From NCBI GenBank assembly GCA_031420755.1, contig JANONI010000194.1, positions 1 through 49,705 of the forward strand: 49,705 nucleotides of DNA, in the 5' to 3' direction. The stretch is from Bacteroidota bacterium. Lineage in GTDB: Bacteria > Bacteroidota > Ignavibacteria > UBA10030 > UBA8401. The position numbers were made by a program, and so were the translations under genes. Below the pieces are notes generated by a model. It ran no database searches, was not told the DNA's origin, and saw only the letters and a list, made by a program, of their open reading frames with translations. Below, piece after piece: positions 40,794-49,361 of the stretch. Each line of letters begins with the position of its first letter. Position 1 is the first letter of the stretch.

Positions 40794-41198
40794 ATGCAAA
40801 AAAATATATTGGTGTTAACACTTTTACTCACAATTCTTATCGCTTCGTGTGGAAGAAATTTTCTTATGACAAAATCCGGCGTAAATATTGAAATTATCAT
40901 TGAAGGAAAAGGTGCATCACCCAAACAAGGTCAAATGGTTACCGTTCATTATACTGGTTGGTTGACTGATAGTACAAAATTTGACAGCTCGGTAGATCGT
41001 GGACAACCATTTACTTACCAATTTGGTGTCGGCCAGGTAATTCAAGGGTGGGATGATGGTGTTGCAACATTAAAAGTAGGCGGAAAAAGTAAATTTACTA
41101 TTCCCTCCGAATTAGGATATGGCGCGAGCGGTGCCGGCGGAATTATTCCACCAAATGCTACGTTGATTTTTGAAGTAGAACTATTAGGAATTCAATAA
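40794..41198 (+). CDS. FKBP-type peptidyl-prolyl cis-trans isomerase lipoprotein
   Basis: Lipobox LIASC, then VTVHYTGWL.D.TKFDSS.DRG.PF....G.G.VI.GWD.G...LKVGGK....IP..LGYG and ATLIFEVELL. The ATG at 40794 is preferred over the TTG at 40782. Confidence 0.85.
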   Translation: MQKNILVLTLLLTILIASCGRNFLMTKSGVNIEIIIEGKGASPKQGQMVTVHYTGWLTDSTKFDSSVDRGQPFTYQFGVGQVIQGWDDGVATLKVGGKSKFTIPSELGYGASGAGGIIPPNATLIFEVELLGIQ

Positions 41199-41449
41199 TG
41201 CCTCAGCCGCATTTAATGATCCATATTGTTCCGGGAAAATGCGACTTTTGTGGTTGTTGCGTGGGAGTATGTCCTGAAGATGCAATTGAATTAATGGAAT
41301 CAAAAATTGCTATCATCGAAGATCGTTGCACTAATTGCAGAAAATGTGTTTGGGCTTGTCCGTGGGAAGTGATAGAGTTTCATCGAGAAGGAGTTGATCA
41401 TCTTCCAAAAGAAACTCCTCAAATATTAAATGAAGCGGTAAAATTTTAA
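41198..41449 (+). CDS. 2x[4Fe-4S] ferredoxin-like protein
   Basis: Two CxxCxxCxxxCP motifs (CDFCGCCVGVCP and CTNCRKCVWACP). TAATG overlaps join it to both the upstream FKBP gene and the downstream reductase gene. Confidence 0.8.
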   Translation: MPQPHLMIHIVPGKCDFCGCCVGVCPEDAIELMESKIAIIEDRCTNCRKCVWACPWEVIEFHREGVDHLPKETPQILNEAVKF

Positions 41450-42618
41450 TGAAAAATTTCGATTATGACATCATTGTTGTCGGTGCCGGTCCTGCAGGAT
41501 CGACTGCGGCGCGTTATGCAGCGGCAGGCGGCGCAAAAGTATTGATGCTTGAAAAAGACCGCGATGTTGGTTATCCGGTTCGCTGCGGTGAAGCTGTAAG
41601 CCATGAGGGAGTTGCGCAATTTATCAAACCGGATCCGAAATGGATCGCATCATCGGTTTCAAAATTTCGATTGATCGCCCCGAACGGAAGAAGCGTTGTT
41701 CCTAAGCTTGACGGCGGCGGTTACGTTCTTGAACGAAGAATATTTGATTATGAACTTGCAAAGTTAGCGGCAAACGAAGGTGTAGAAGTTATTACCAAAG
41801 CATATGTCTATGACTTGCTTCGTGAAGATGGAAAGATTGTTGGTGTAAAAACTCTTATAAAAGATCAGAAAGTTGATATCCGTTCAAAAATAGTTATTGC
41901 TGCGGATGGGGTCGAGTCTCGTGTGGGTAAATGGGCGGGTATGGATACAACATGCCACATTCGCGATATGGAAAGTTGTGCTCAGATGACACTTTCCGGC
42001 ATTGAAGTTGATCCGGATGTTCTCGATTTTTATTTTGGAGATGAAGTTTCCCCCGGAGGATACCTTTGGGTATTCCCAAAAGGAAATGATACTGCAAACG
42101 TTGGACTTGGACTTTCTGTTGAAGCAGCGAAAAAAAAATCTGCAATAAAATTCCTTCACGAATTTGTTGATAGGAAATTTCCAAAAGCGGCGATGCTGAC
42201 TCATATTGCAGGAGGAGTTCCTTGTGCTAAAACAAATCCGGAAATTATCAAGAATAATGTCATTCTTGTGGGCGATGCTGCGCATCAGGTGAATCCAGTC
42301 TCCGGCGGCGGAATCATTTCCGGAATGATTGGCGGAATGATTGGCGGGCAAGTTGCAGCGGAAGCAATCTTTCGCGGAGAAGTATCGCACCTTCGTGAAT
42401 ATGCTAAACTGTGGCATAAACGCCTTGGCTGGAGGCATGATGTATTCTATAATATCAAAACTGCAATTTCACATTTCGACGACAAGACATTAAACAATAT
42501 TTGTGACAGTGCGTTGAAACTTCCTGAAGAGAAGCGAACACTTGGCGGAATTTTCCGTGCTGCGTTATGGAATCAACCTTCGATGATACTTGATGTTGCA
42601 AAAGTGTTTATCTCATAG
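41449..42618 (+). CDS. Geranylgeranyl reductase-family FAD-dependent oxidoreductase
   Basis: YDIIVVGAGPAGSTAARYAA..GAKVLMLEKDRDVGYPVRCGEAVS (dinucleotide fold plus the conserved RCGE motif), GDAAHQVNP.SGGGI, and a length of 389 aa. Confidence 0.8.
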   Translation: MKNFDYDIIVVGAGPAGSTAARYAAAGGAKVLMLEKDRDVGYPVRCGEAVSHEGVAQFIKPDPKWIASSVSKFRLIAPNGRSVVPKLDGGGYVLERRIFDYELAKLAANEGVEVITKAYVYDLLREDGKIVGVKTLIKDQKVDIRSKIVIAADGVESRVGKWAGMDTTCHIRDMESCAQMTLSGIEVDPDVLDFYFGDEVSPGGYLWVFPKGNDTANVGLGLSVEAAKKKSAIKFLHEFVDRKFPKAAMLTHIAGGVPCAKTNPEIIKNNVILVGDAAHQVNPVSGGGIISGMIGGMIGGQVAAEAIFRGEVSHLREYAKLWHKRLGWRHDVFYNIKTAISHFDDKTLNNICDSALKLPEEKRTLGGIFRAALWNQPSMILDVAKVFIS

Positions 42619-42720
42619 CTGTTTACTAAAAAAACCTTCCGAAGGTTCTATTGCAGATAACGCAAAAACATTTTCAGAACAATGTAAAAAATACAACCTT
42701 CGGAAGGGTGAACGAAAATC

Positions 42721-43341
42721 ATGAAAATATTTCTTCCGTATTTTATCGCTATTTCTTCGTTGTTTGGATTGAGTTGCAGTTCGGCCGGTCAAATCCTTAT
42801 TTCACAAAAAGACATTATAGATATTCTTTCCATTGATTCGACATTCGTTTTGGATATTCGTTATGCTACGGAAAATAATTTCACAAAAAAGAAATTATAC
42901 CCTGCCGCAAAAGCAAAGTTAAGACGAGAAGCGGCGGAAAGTCTTGCGTCAGTTCAAAAAGAATTACGAACGAAAAATTTGAGATTGAAAATTTACGATG
43001 GATATCGTCCGCTTGCGATACAATGGAAATTGTGGGAAATAGTGCCGAACGAGGATTTTGTCGCAAACCCGAAGAAAGGATCGAAACATAATCGCGGTGC
43101 CGCCGTTGATCTGACGATTATCGATTCGCTGGGAAATGAATTAGAGATGCCGACTGGCTACGATGATTTCACTGAGAAAGCCGCTCATGAGTATATGAAC
43201 CTGACTGAAAGCGCGATAAAGAATAGAGCAATGTTAAAAGATGTGATGATCCGCCATGGATTTCAACCGATAAAAAGTGAATGGTGGCATTATGATTTCC
43301 GGGGATGGGAACAATTTGACATAATGGATGAACCGTTTTGA
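42721..43341 (+). CDS. ddpX: Exported D-alanyl-D-alanine dipeptidase (VanX/DdpX, peptidase M15D)
   Basis: Signal/lipobox FGLSCSS, then IRYAT.NNF, YDGYRP...Q..LW, the Zn site SKHNRGAAVDLT (HxxGxAxD), and EWWHYD. Confidence 0.85.
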   Translation: MKIFLPYFIAISSLFGLSCSSAGQILISQKDIIDILSIDSTFVLDIRYATENNFTKKKLYPAAKAKLRREAAESLASVQKELRTKNLRLKIYDGYRPLAIQWKLWEIVPNEDFVANPKKGSKHNRGAAVDLTIIDSLGNELEMPTGYDDFTEKAAHEYMNLTESAIKNRAMLKDVMIRHGFQPIKSEWWHYDFRGWEQFDIMDEPF

Positions 43342-44378
43342 ATCCAGCCGATCGTAAATCAATAAAAAAAATTCTTCTTATTCGCACCGATCGTATCGGT
43401 GATGTTGTATTGTCGCTGCCGATGCTTCCACTCCTTAAAAAAAAATTTCCAAACGCAGCCATTACGGTAATGGTTCGTTCGTATACGAAGGAACTTGTCG
43501 AAACGCATGCCGATGTTTCAGAAGTAATGTTGTGGGATGAGAATAACAGTTTGCTTGATTATGTGAAGGTGTTGAAGGAAAAACATTTTGATCTTGCAAT
43601 TTTACCATATCCGCGGTTCAATCTGGCACTGATCACGTTCTTATCCGGAATTGCCATCCGTGTCGGAACCGGTTATCGGTGGTATTCTTTTTTATTCAAT
43701 AAGAAAATATATGAACACCGTAAAAATGCAAAGCGGCACGAGGTTGAGTACAATCTCAATCTCCTAAAGGCAATCGGAATTGAATTGGAAGGAACGCCTC
43801 AATTTGAATTTACAGTGAATGATGAAGCAAAGAAAAAGGTTGAAGATATTTTAAAATCGGATGGTATCGTTCCTTCAACACAATTTGCCGTTCTTCATGC
43901 CGGAAGCGGCGGTTCTGCCAGAGACTGGAAAATTGAAAAATTTGCGGAATTAGGAGATGTGTTACAAACAACAGAGGAACTTCGGGTTGTGCTGACGGGC
44001 GGAAAGAACGAGGAGCAACTTATCGCTTCACTTGAATTGAAGATGAAAACTAAGCCAATAAATTATACAGGAAAGTTTTCGCTTCAAGAATTAGGCGCAC
44101 TGTTTCAAAGAGCAAGTGTGTTCGTTTCAAATTCAACCGGACCGCTTCATATTGCTTCGATAGTTGGAACTCCGGTTGTTGCTTTTTATCCGCCGATCAT
44201 CCAATGCAGCCCGATGCGGTGGGGACCATATACAGAGAAGAAAAAAATATTTACTGCGGACAATAAACAATGTGAAGTATGCAGGGGCGGGGCTTGTCAA
44301 TCAAATATTTGTATGGATCAAATTACCGTTACACAAGTCGTTTCAGGAATTAGAGAGTTGATAGATGAGAAAAAATAA
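43338..44378 (+). CDS. Glycosyltransferase family 9 (LPS heptosyltransferase-like)
   Basis: KILLIRTDRIGDVVLSLPML..LKKKFPNA.ITV, VLHAGSGGSAR.W and SNSTGPLHIA. The TTG start at 43338 (TTGA overlap with the ddpX stop) is required because the first in-frame ATG would delete the conserved IRTDRIGD motif. Confidence 0.8.
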   Translation: MNPADRKSIKKILLIRTDRIGDVVLSLPMLPLLKKKFPNAAITVMVRSYTKELVETHADVSEVMLWDENNSLLDYVKVLKEKHFDLAILPYPRFNLALITFLSGIAIRVGTGYRWYSFLFNKKIYEHRKNAKRHEVEYNLNLLKAIGIELEGTPQFEFTVNDEAKKKVEDILKSDGIVPSTQFAVLHAGSGGSARDWKIEKFAELGDVLQTTEELRVVLTGGKNEEQLIASLELKMKTKPINYTGKFSLQELGALFQRASVFVSNSTGPLHIASIVGTPVVAFYPPIIQCSPMRWGPYTEKKKIFTADNKQCEVCRGGACQSNICMDQITVTQVVSGIRELIDEKK

Positions 44379-45141
44379 CGTCATCACAGTCTGTTGCTTT
44401 TTGTGTTGTATCGTTCAGATATCGTTCCCGCAAAGGGCGGAGAATCAAAAAGCATTCGCAGTCGGTGAAAAATTATTGTTTGATGTGAACTACGGTATCA
44501 TCACTGCGGGATATGCGGAAATGTCCATTCCTCAATTTGATACGGTGCTTGGAAACAAAACGTATAAAGTTCAGTTCACTGTTCGTTCGACACCAACGTT
44601 CGATTTTTTCTTTGAAGTGCGAGACCGGTATGAAACGTACCTTGATTCGGCGGGAATTTTTCCGTGGCGATTTGAGCAGCATATCAACGAAGGAAAATTT
44701 AAAAAAGATTACAGCGCAATATTCGATCAAAAAAATAATATTGCAAGAACGGATGACGGGGATTTTGCAATTACACCGTTCGTTCATGATATTATGTCGG
44801 CATTTTATTATGCGCGAACGATCGATTATTCAAAATTCAAGATTGGACAACGTGTGACATTGCAAAATTTTTTCAAAGGCAAAGTCAATCCGTTAGAGAT
44901 AAAATACTTAGGAAAACAAAAGATTACGGTTGATGCAGGGACATTTAATTGTATTATTGTTGAACCAATGGTAAAAGAAGGCGGTTTGTTCAAAAGCGAA
45001 GGACGAATTTTGATATGGCTATCTGACGATGAACGGAAGATTCCCGTAAAAGTAAATACGAAAATCATTATCGGTTCTATTGATGCCGAACTAAAAGAAT
45101 ATTCAGGTCTTAACGGACCGTTGAAAGCGAAAATTGAATGA
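44365..45141 (+). CDS. DUF3108-like secreted protein
   Basis: A signal peptide, then FAVGEKLLFDVNYGIITAGYAEMSI...YKVQFTVRS...FFEVRD.YE.Y.D and a C-terminal ..IWLSDDERKIPVKV, typical of DUF3108. It overlaps the GT9 3' end by 14 nt. Confidence 0.65.
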   Translation: MRKNNVITVCCFLCCIVQISFPQRAENQKAFAVGEKLLFDVNYGIITAGYAEMSIPQFDTVLGNKTYKVQFTVRSTPTFDFFFEVRDRYETYLDSAGIFPWRFEQHINEGKFKKDYSAIFDQKNNIARTDDGDFAITPFVHDIMSAFYYARTIDYSKFKIGQRVTLQNFFKGKVNPLEIKYLGKQKITVDAGTFNCIIVEPMVKEGGLFKSEGRILIWLSDDERKIPVKVNTKIIIGSIDAELKEYSGLNGPLKAKIE

Positions 45142-46064
45142 GTGAAGAGATCATCCAAAACGAATCCGAGATATTCCAATCTCAAGAAACAAAATACAAA
45201 CCGGCAGCGTTTGCATTTTTTGCTTTAGCGACCCTTTTTGTCTTTTATCAATTGATTGGCGGTGGAATTACAGTACTGATTATTGGCACCGGGATTAATG
45301 CAAACAATGTTACAGTTGCACGGTTGGCAACAATGGTCTCACAAATTATTTTCTTGTTGATTCCTACGATTTTGCTTGCCAAGCGCCAACATGGAAAACT
45401 TTCTGAAGCATTCCGCTGGAGAATCCCGACATTTCGAGAAACTTTTCTAGCGGTGATTGGAATGATCGCGTTAATGCAGATCGGTGAAATGTATTTGTTC
45501 TTTCAAAGTAAGATACCGCTGCCAGAGCAGATTGCCCCATTTCTAGAAGCGATGAAGAAAACGATCGAAGAAACATACAAAATTTTGATCGTTTCCCATT
45601 CAGTTCCGGAAATGCTTTTTGTTGTTCTTGTTGCAGCGGTAACTCCTGCAATTTGCGAAGAGTTGATGTTTCGCGGATTGATCCAAAAAAATTTTTCAAT
45701 TGCGTACGGAAATCGAAAAGGTTTCATCGTGTCGGGAACGATCTTTGCGTTATATCATCTCAATCCATTTTGGATAATTCCGCTGATTGCGCTTGGCGTG
45801 TATTTCAGTTTCCTTCAATATCGTTCGCAGACATTGCTTCTTCCGATTTTAGCACATCTTATCAATAATGCGTCAGCAACTGTTGGAGTATATTTTTATG
45901 GAGCACTTGATACGACAACCCCGACGATGTTTATGGGAGAACAATACGAACCTTCGAATGCTGCTGTATTTGGAACGGCTGTACTATTCCTGATAATTTT
46001 TTCTCTTATTATTGTTCAGTACATTAAAGCTACAGAGAATGTTCACACAAAAATTTCACATTGA
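45138..46064 (+). CDS. CPBP-family intramembrane glutamic endopeptidase (CAAX protease-like)
   Basis: Motifs EELMFRGLI, FALYHL and HLINN in a polytopic membrane protein. It has an ATGA overlap with the preceding gene. Confidence 0.8.
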   Translation: MSEEIIQNESEIFQSQETKYKPAAFAFFALATLFVFYQLIGGGITVLIIGTGINANNVTVARLATMVSQIIFLLIPTILLAKRQHGKLSEAFRWRIPTFRETFLAVIGMIALMQIGEMYLFFQSKIPLPEQIAPFLEAMKKTIEETYKILIVSHSVPEMLFVVLVAAVTPAICEELMFRGLIQKNFSIAYGNRKGFIVSGTIFALYHLNPFWIIPLIALGVYFSFLQYRSQTLLLPILAHLINNASATVGVYFYGALDTTTPTMFMGEQYEPSNAAVFGTAVLFLIIFSLIIVQYIKATENVHTKISH

Positions 46065-46086
46065 TGAATCGTAACTCGTTGTAACC

Positions 46087-46256
46087 TCCTTACAGGTCGT
46101 ACCTACGGTATCGTAGATAAACAAAAATATGCCACTAAATCACGAAAACACGAAAGAGCACAAAAAATATTTGTCTACGACCTGTAAGGAATTACTACCC
46201 GAAGAGTTGTGGGTTAACGTAAAAAAGATTTTAGAGGAATTTTGTGCTTTAGTGGC
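46087..46256. repeat. Composite of short palindromic modules between the CPBP gene and the 99-aa ORF
   Basis: A perfect 15-bp inverted repeat: TCCTTACAGGTCGTA (46087-46101) and TACGACCTGTAAGGA (46176-46190). A mini-hairpin: CTACG-GTAT-CGTAG (46103-46116). GCCACTAAA...GCACAAAA (46131-46165) is paired with TTTTGTGCTTTAGTGGC (46240-46256). Confidence 0.8.
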
Positions 46257-46285
46257 AAAAAAACCATGAACGCTGAGGAGTTACG

Positions 46286-46585
46286 ATGAATCAAATAATT
46301 AATTCTGAACAATTTATTAACATTCCCAACTCGGAAATTCCTAAAGGATTTGTCCATTTATTGTCCACGTCAACAATCTTTGCGATGGATCTGATCGGGA
46401 AAAATTTGCAGATGAACGGCATTGACGCACAATGGAATTATCCAGACCCGATCGATGCCGAACATGAACCTGTAATATTGTTTGTGAAAATAGAACAACA
46501 AGAACAAGCACTTTCAATTCTTATCTCATTAGATCTATTAGACTTTATAATACCAAATGTCAAATCCGAAGGATGCTTCGCATAA
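46286..46585 (+). CDS. Small hypothetical protein (99 aa)
   Basis: The ATG is preceded by GAGGAG at 46274-46279. It overlaps cdsA by 29 nt. A weak resemblance to DUF2007-type small alpha/beta proteins is not reliable. Confidence 0.35.
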   Translation: MNQIINSEQFINIPNSEIPKGFVHLLSTSTIFAMDLIGKNLQMNGIDAQWNYPDPIDAEHEPVILFVKIEQQEQALSILISLDLLDFIIPNVKSEGCFA

Positions 46586-47537
46586 ATTTTTCAATCTTAT
46601 TCCAAGAGTGGGCGTGGCGCTTGTTGCTATTCCTTGTATTCTGTTTGTCTGCTATCAAGGCGGATTATGGTTCTTGATGTTCGTTCTTGCAATCGGAATT
46701 CTTGCGCTGCTGGAATTCTTCACTCTTGCAAAAGCAAAAGGTGGAAATCCTCAAACTGCTGTTGCGATCATTGGTCTATCGGCATTACATCTTTCGTTCT
46801 TTCATGAACAGATTCAGAATTTTATTCTTCCATTCTTTATTGATAGCGGTGGAATCTCGCTGTTGATGAAATTGCAATTGTTTGTGACAGTGCTTTTTCT
46901 TTTTCTTACAGTAGTGATGCTGGTGGAATTGTTTCGTAATAAAGGTTCAGTTTTTTTGAATGCGGGTTTCACAATTTTCGGAGTAATGTATGTCGGAATA
47001 TTTCTTGCATCATTAACCGGAATACGGGAATTATTCGGTGCTGAATTTCCATATCATCTTGCAATTCAATTTCTTCCGCAATCATCGGCATTAACTGATG
47101 CAACGTTACAGACTACAACATACACTTGGGGTGGGATGACAATTATTGCCATTCTCGTTTCAATTTGGATGTGTGATACGATGGCATATTTTGGCGGACT
47201 TTCGATGGGAAAACATAAATTATTTCCAAGAGTAAGTCCCAACAAAACTTGGGAAGGGGCAGTGTGGGGTTTTCTTGGTGCGGTAATAACGATGATTATA
47301 TTCCAACATTTTTTTCTTCCGTATCTAAAATTGCATCAAGCAATTGTTATTGGAGTTATGATTGGCGTGTTCGGACAGATCGGAGATTTGATAGAATCAT
47401 TATTGAAGCGCGACGCAGGGGTGAAAGATTCATCCAGTCTAATTCCCGGTCATGGCGGCGTACTCGATCGGTTTGACAGTTTAATTTTTGTTTCGCCAAT
47501 GTTGTATCTTTATATAGATTTTGTGGTCTTGTCGTGA
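46557..47537 (+). CDS. cdsA: Phosphatidate cytidylyltransferase
   Basis: The C-terminal signature SLLKRDAGVKDSSSLIPGHGGVLDRFDSL, plus SPNKTWEG and a polytopic membrane layout. Confidence 0.87.
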   Translation: MSNPKDASHKFFNLIPRVGVALVAIPCILFVCYQGGLWFLMFVLAIGILALLEFFTLAKAKGGNPQTAVAIIGLSALHLSFFHEQIQNFILPFFIDSGGISLLMKLQLFVTVLFLFLTVVMLVELFRNKGSVFLNAGFTIFGVMYVGIFLASLTGIRELFGAEFPYHLAIQFLPQSSALTDATLQTTTYTWGGMTIIAILVSIWMCDTMAYFGGLSMGKHKLFPRVSPNKTWEGAVWGFLGAVITMIIFQHFFLPYLKLHQAIVIGVMIGVFGQIGDLIESLLKRDAGVKDSSSLIPGHGGVLDRFDSLIFVSPMLYLYIDFVVLS

Positions 47538-47558
47538 AGAAAGAATGAGGGAAGTATT

Positions 47559-47771
47559 ATGAATAGTTACGAAATTGAATGTAAATATTATTATCACGAA
47601 ACCAGTGAATATGGAAGTGAAATAATTAGGGCATCAACGAAAAGTGCTGCACTAAAGAAGTTTGCAAAACTAAGAAATCTTCCGCAATTAAAAATAACGA
47701 ATTATGAATTTGAGAGATGGTGGGAAGGTGATTGGTTTGTAAAAGTAAAACATATTAAACAAATTAGTTGA
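47559..47771 (+). CDS. Small hypothetical protein (70 aa) immediately upstream of the methyltransferase
   Basis: The ATG is preceded by GAGGGA. Its stop lies 6 nt before the methyltransferase ATG. No HTH or other motif was recognised. Confidence 0.35.
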   Translation: MNSYEIECKYYYHETSEYGSEIIRASTKSAALKKFAKLRNLPQLKITNYEFERWWEGDWFVKVKHIKQIS

Positions 47772-47777
47772 AGAAAT

Positions 47778-49358
47778 ATGTCTGATCAATTTTTTACAAT
47801 TAAAGAAGCCAGTAGTTGGGCTACGAAATATTTGGGAAAGAATGTAACACCTTCCAATATTTCATATCTCATTCAATATGGACGTGTACGAAAAATTGGT
47901 GATAATGGTGGGACGCAGGTATCCCAAAAAGAACTCATAGAATACTATAAATCGTACAACGGCAACCGTGAAGTATCGTGGAAAGATCGACTTGGCGAAG
48001 ATTTGAATTGGGCGTTATCGTTTGAGCAATACAAAGAAGCAGAAACAACAAAACATGTTCATCGACTGCACCCATATAAAGGAAAATTCATTCCTCAGCT
48101 TGTCGAATATTTTTTAGATAACCACGTTGATAGTTTTAAGAAGCAAGCGTATTTCAAAAAAGGTGATATCGTTCTTGATCCTTTTTGTGGGAGTGGAACA
48201 ACATTGGTGCAAGCGAATGAATTAGGAATACACGCAATTGGAATTGATGTTTCTGCTTTTAATGCGTTGATAAGCAACTGCAAAGTTATCAAATTTGATC
48301 TGATTGATGTGCAAAAAGAAATACAAAGAATTTCTAAAGCATTAAAGGAATTTCTTGTAGATTCGCACAGTGTAGAATTTGAAGAAAAACTTTTGCGGGC
48401 ACTATCCGAATTTAACAATGAATATTTTCCGGTACCTGAATATAAGTATCAAGTTCAACGAAAAGAAATAGATGAATTCAAATACGCCTTTGAGAAAGAA
48501 AAAATATTTTTGCCCGTTTATAAAAAACTTGTTAAACAATACAATATTAAACTTCGACAGGATAATGAAGACTCGTTTTTGGGTAAGTGGTATTCCCAGC
48601 ATATTCGGAACGAAATAGATTTTGTATTTGGCGAAATTAAAAAAATAAAAAAATCAGAAACGAAAAAAATTGTTAGCATTATTTTAAGTAGAACTATTCG
48701 GTCGTGCCGCGCAACAATGCATGCGGACTTGGCTACATTGCTAGAACCTATTACAACAACATACTATTGTTCGAAACATGGAAAAATTTGCAAACCAGTG
48801 TTTTCGATTTTGAAGTGGTGGGAAACATATACAAAAGACACATTGAAACGGTTGATTGAATTTGGCAAGCATCGAACAGAAACATTTCAGCAATGTTTAG
48901 TGGGTGATAGCCGAAAAATTAATATTGTCGAGGAACTTGAAAAGAGAAATCCTATGCTGGCAAAATTAGCTGATAGACAAAAAATTAATGGGATTTTTTC
49001 TAGTCCGCCGTATGTCGGTTTAATTGATTATCACGAACAACACGCTTATGCATACGATCTTTTTGGTTTTAAGAGGCAGGATGAATTGGAAATCGGTCCG
49101 CTGTTCAATGGACAAGGAAAAGAAGCGAAGCTGAGTTATATCAAAGGTATTTCTGATGTTCTAAACAACTGCAAGCAATTCTTTGTAAAAGATTATGATG
49201 TTTTCTTAGTCGCAAACGATAAGTACAATATGTATCCCGAAATTGCCGCAAATGTAGGAATGAAAATTGTGAATCAATTCAAACGACCAGTATTAAATAG
49301 AACAGAAAAGGATAAAGGGGCGTATTCAGAAATAATTTTTCATATGAAGGGGAAATGA
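47778..49358 (+). CDS. DNA methyltransferase (N4-cytosine or N6-adenine class; SPPY catalytic motif)
   Basis: HPYKGKFIPQLVEYFL (motif X-like) and IVLDPFCGSGTTLVQANELG..IGIDVS (motif I, FxGxG) at aa ~97-160. The catalytic tetrapeptide FSSPPYVGLIDY (motif IV) is at aa ~407-418. About 240 aa lie between them, including a Cys/His cluster (SC..MH...YYCSKHGKIC). Confidence 0.85.
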   Translation: MSDQFFTIKEASSWATKYLGKNVTPSNISYLIQYGRVRKIGDNGGTQVSQKELIEYYKSYNGNREVSWKDRLGEDLNWALSFEQYKEAETTKHVHRLHPYKGKFIPQLVEYFLDNHVDSFKKQAYFKKGDIVLDPFCGSGTTLVQANELGIHAIGIDVSAFNALISNCKVIKFDLIDVQKEIQRISKALKEFLVDSHSVEFEEKLLRALSEFNNEYFPVPEYKYQVQRKEIDEFKYAFEKEKIFLPVYKKLVKQYNIKLRQDNEDSFLGKWYSQHIRNEIDFVFGEIKKIKKSETKKIVSIILSRTIRSCRATMHADLATLLEPITTTYYCSKHGKICKPVFSILKWWETYTKDTLKRLIEFGKHRTETFQQCLVGDSRKINIVEELEKRNPMLAKLADRQKINGIFSSPPYVGLIDYHEQHAYAYDLFGFKRQDELEIGPLFNGQGKEAKLSYIKGISDVLNNCKQFFVKDYDVFLVANDKYNMYPEIAANVGMKIVNQFKRPVLNRTEKDKGAYSEIIFHMKGK

Positions 49359-49361
49359 TAA

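Noticed and set aside
42320-42350. GMIGGMIGG in-frame micro-repeat in the reductase as a slippage or phase-variation site
   Set aside because: There are only two units of a 12-nt repeat within a glycine-rich FAD-binding segment. This is too short to argue for phase variation.
42651-42836. 61-aa ORF overlapping the ddpX start
   Set aside because: It begins in the spacer containing the mini-hairpins and overlaps the well-supported ddpX frame, with no RBS.
47538-47778. The 70-aa ORF as an R-M controller (C) protein
   Set aside because: No helix-turn-helix pattern is recognisable and no C-box-like inverted repeat is evident upstream. It is kept as an unknown ORF only.
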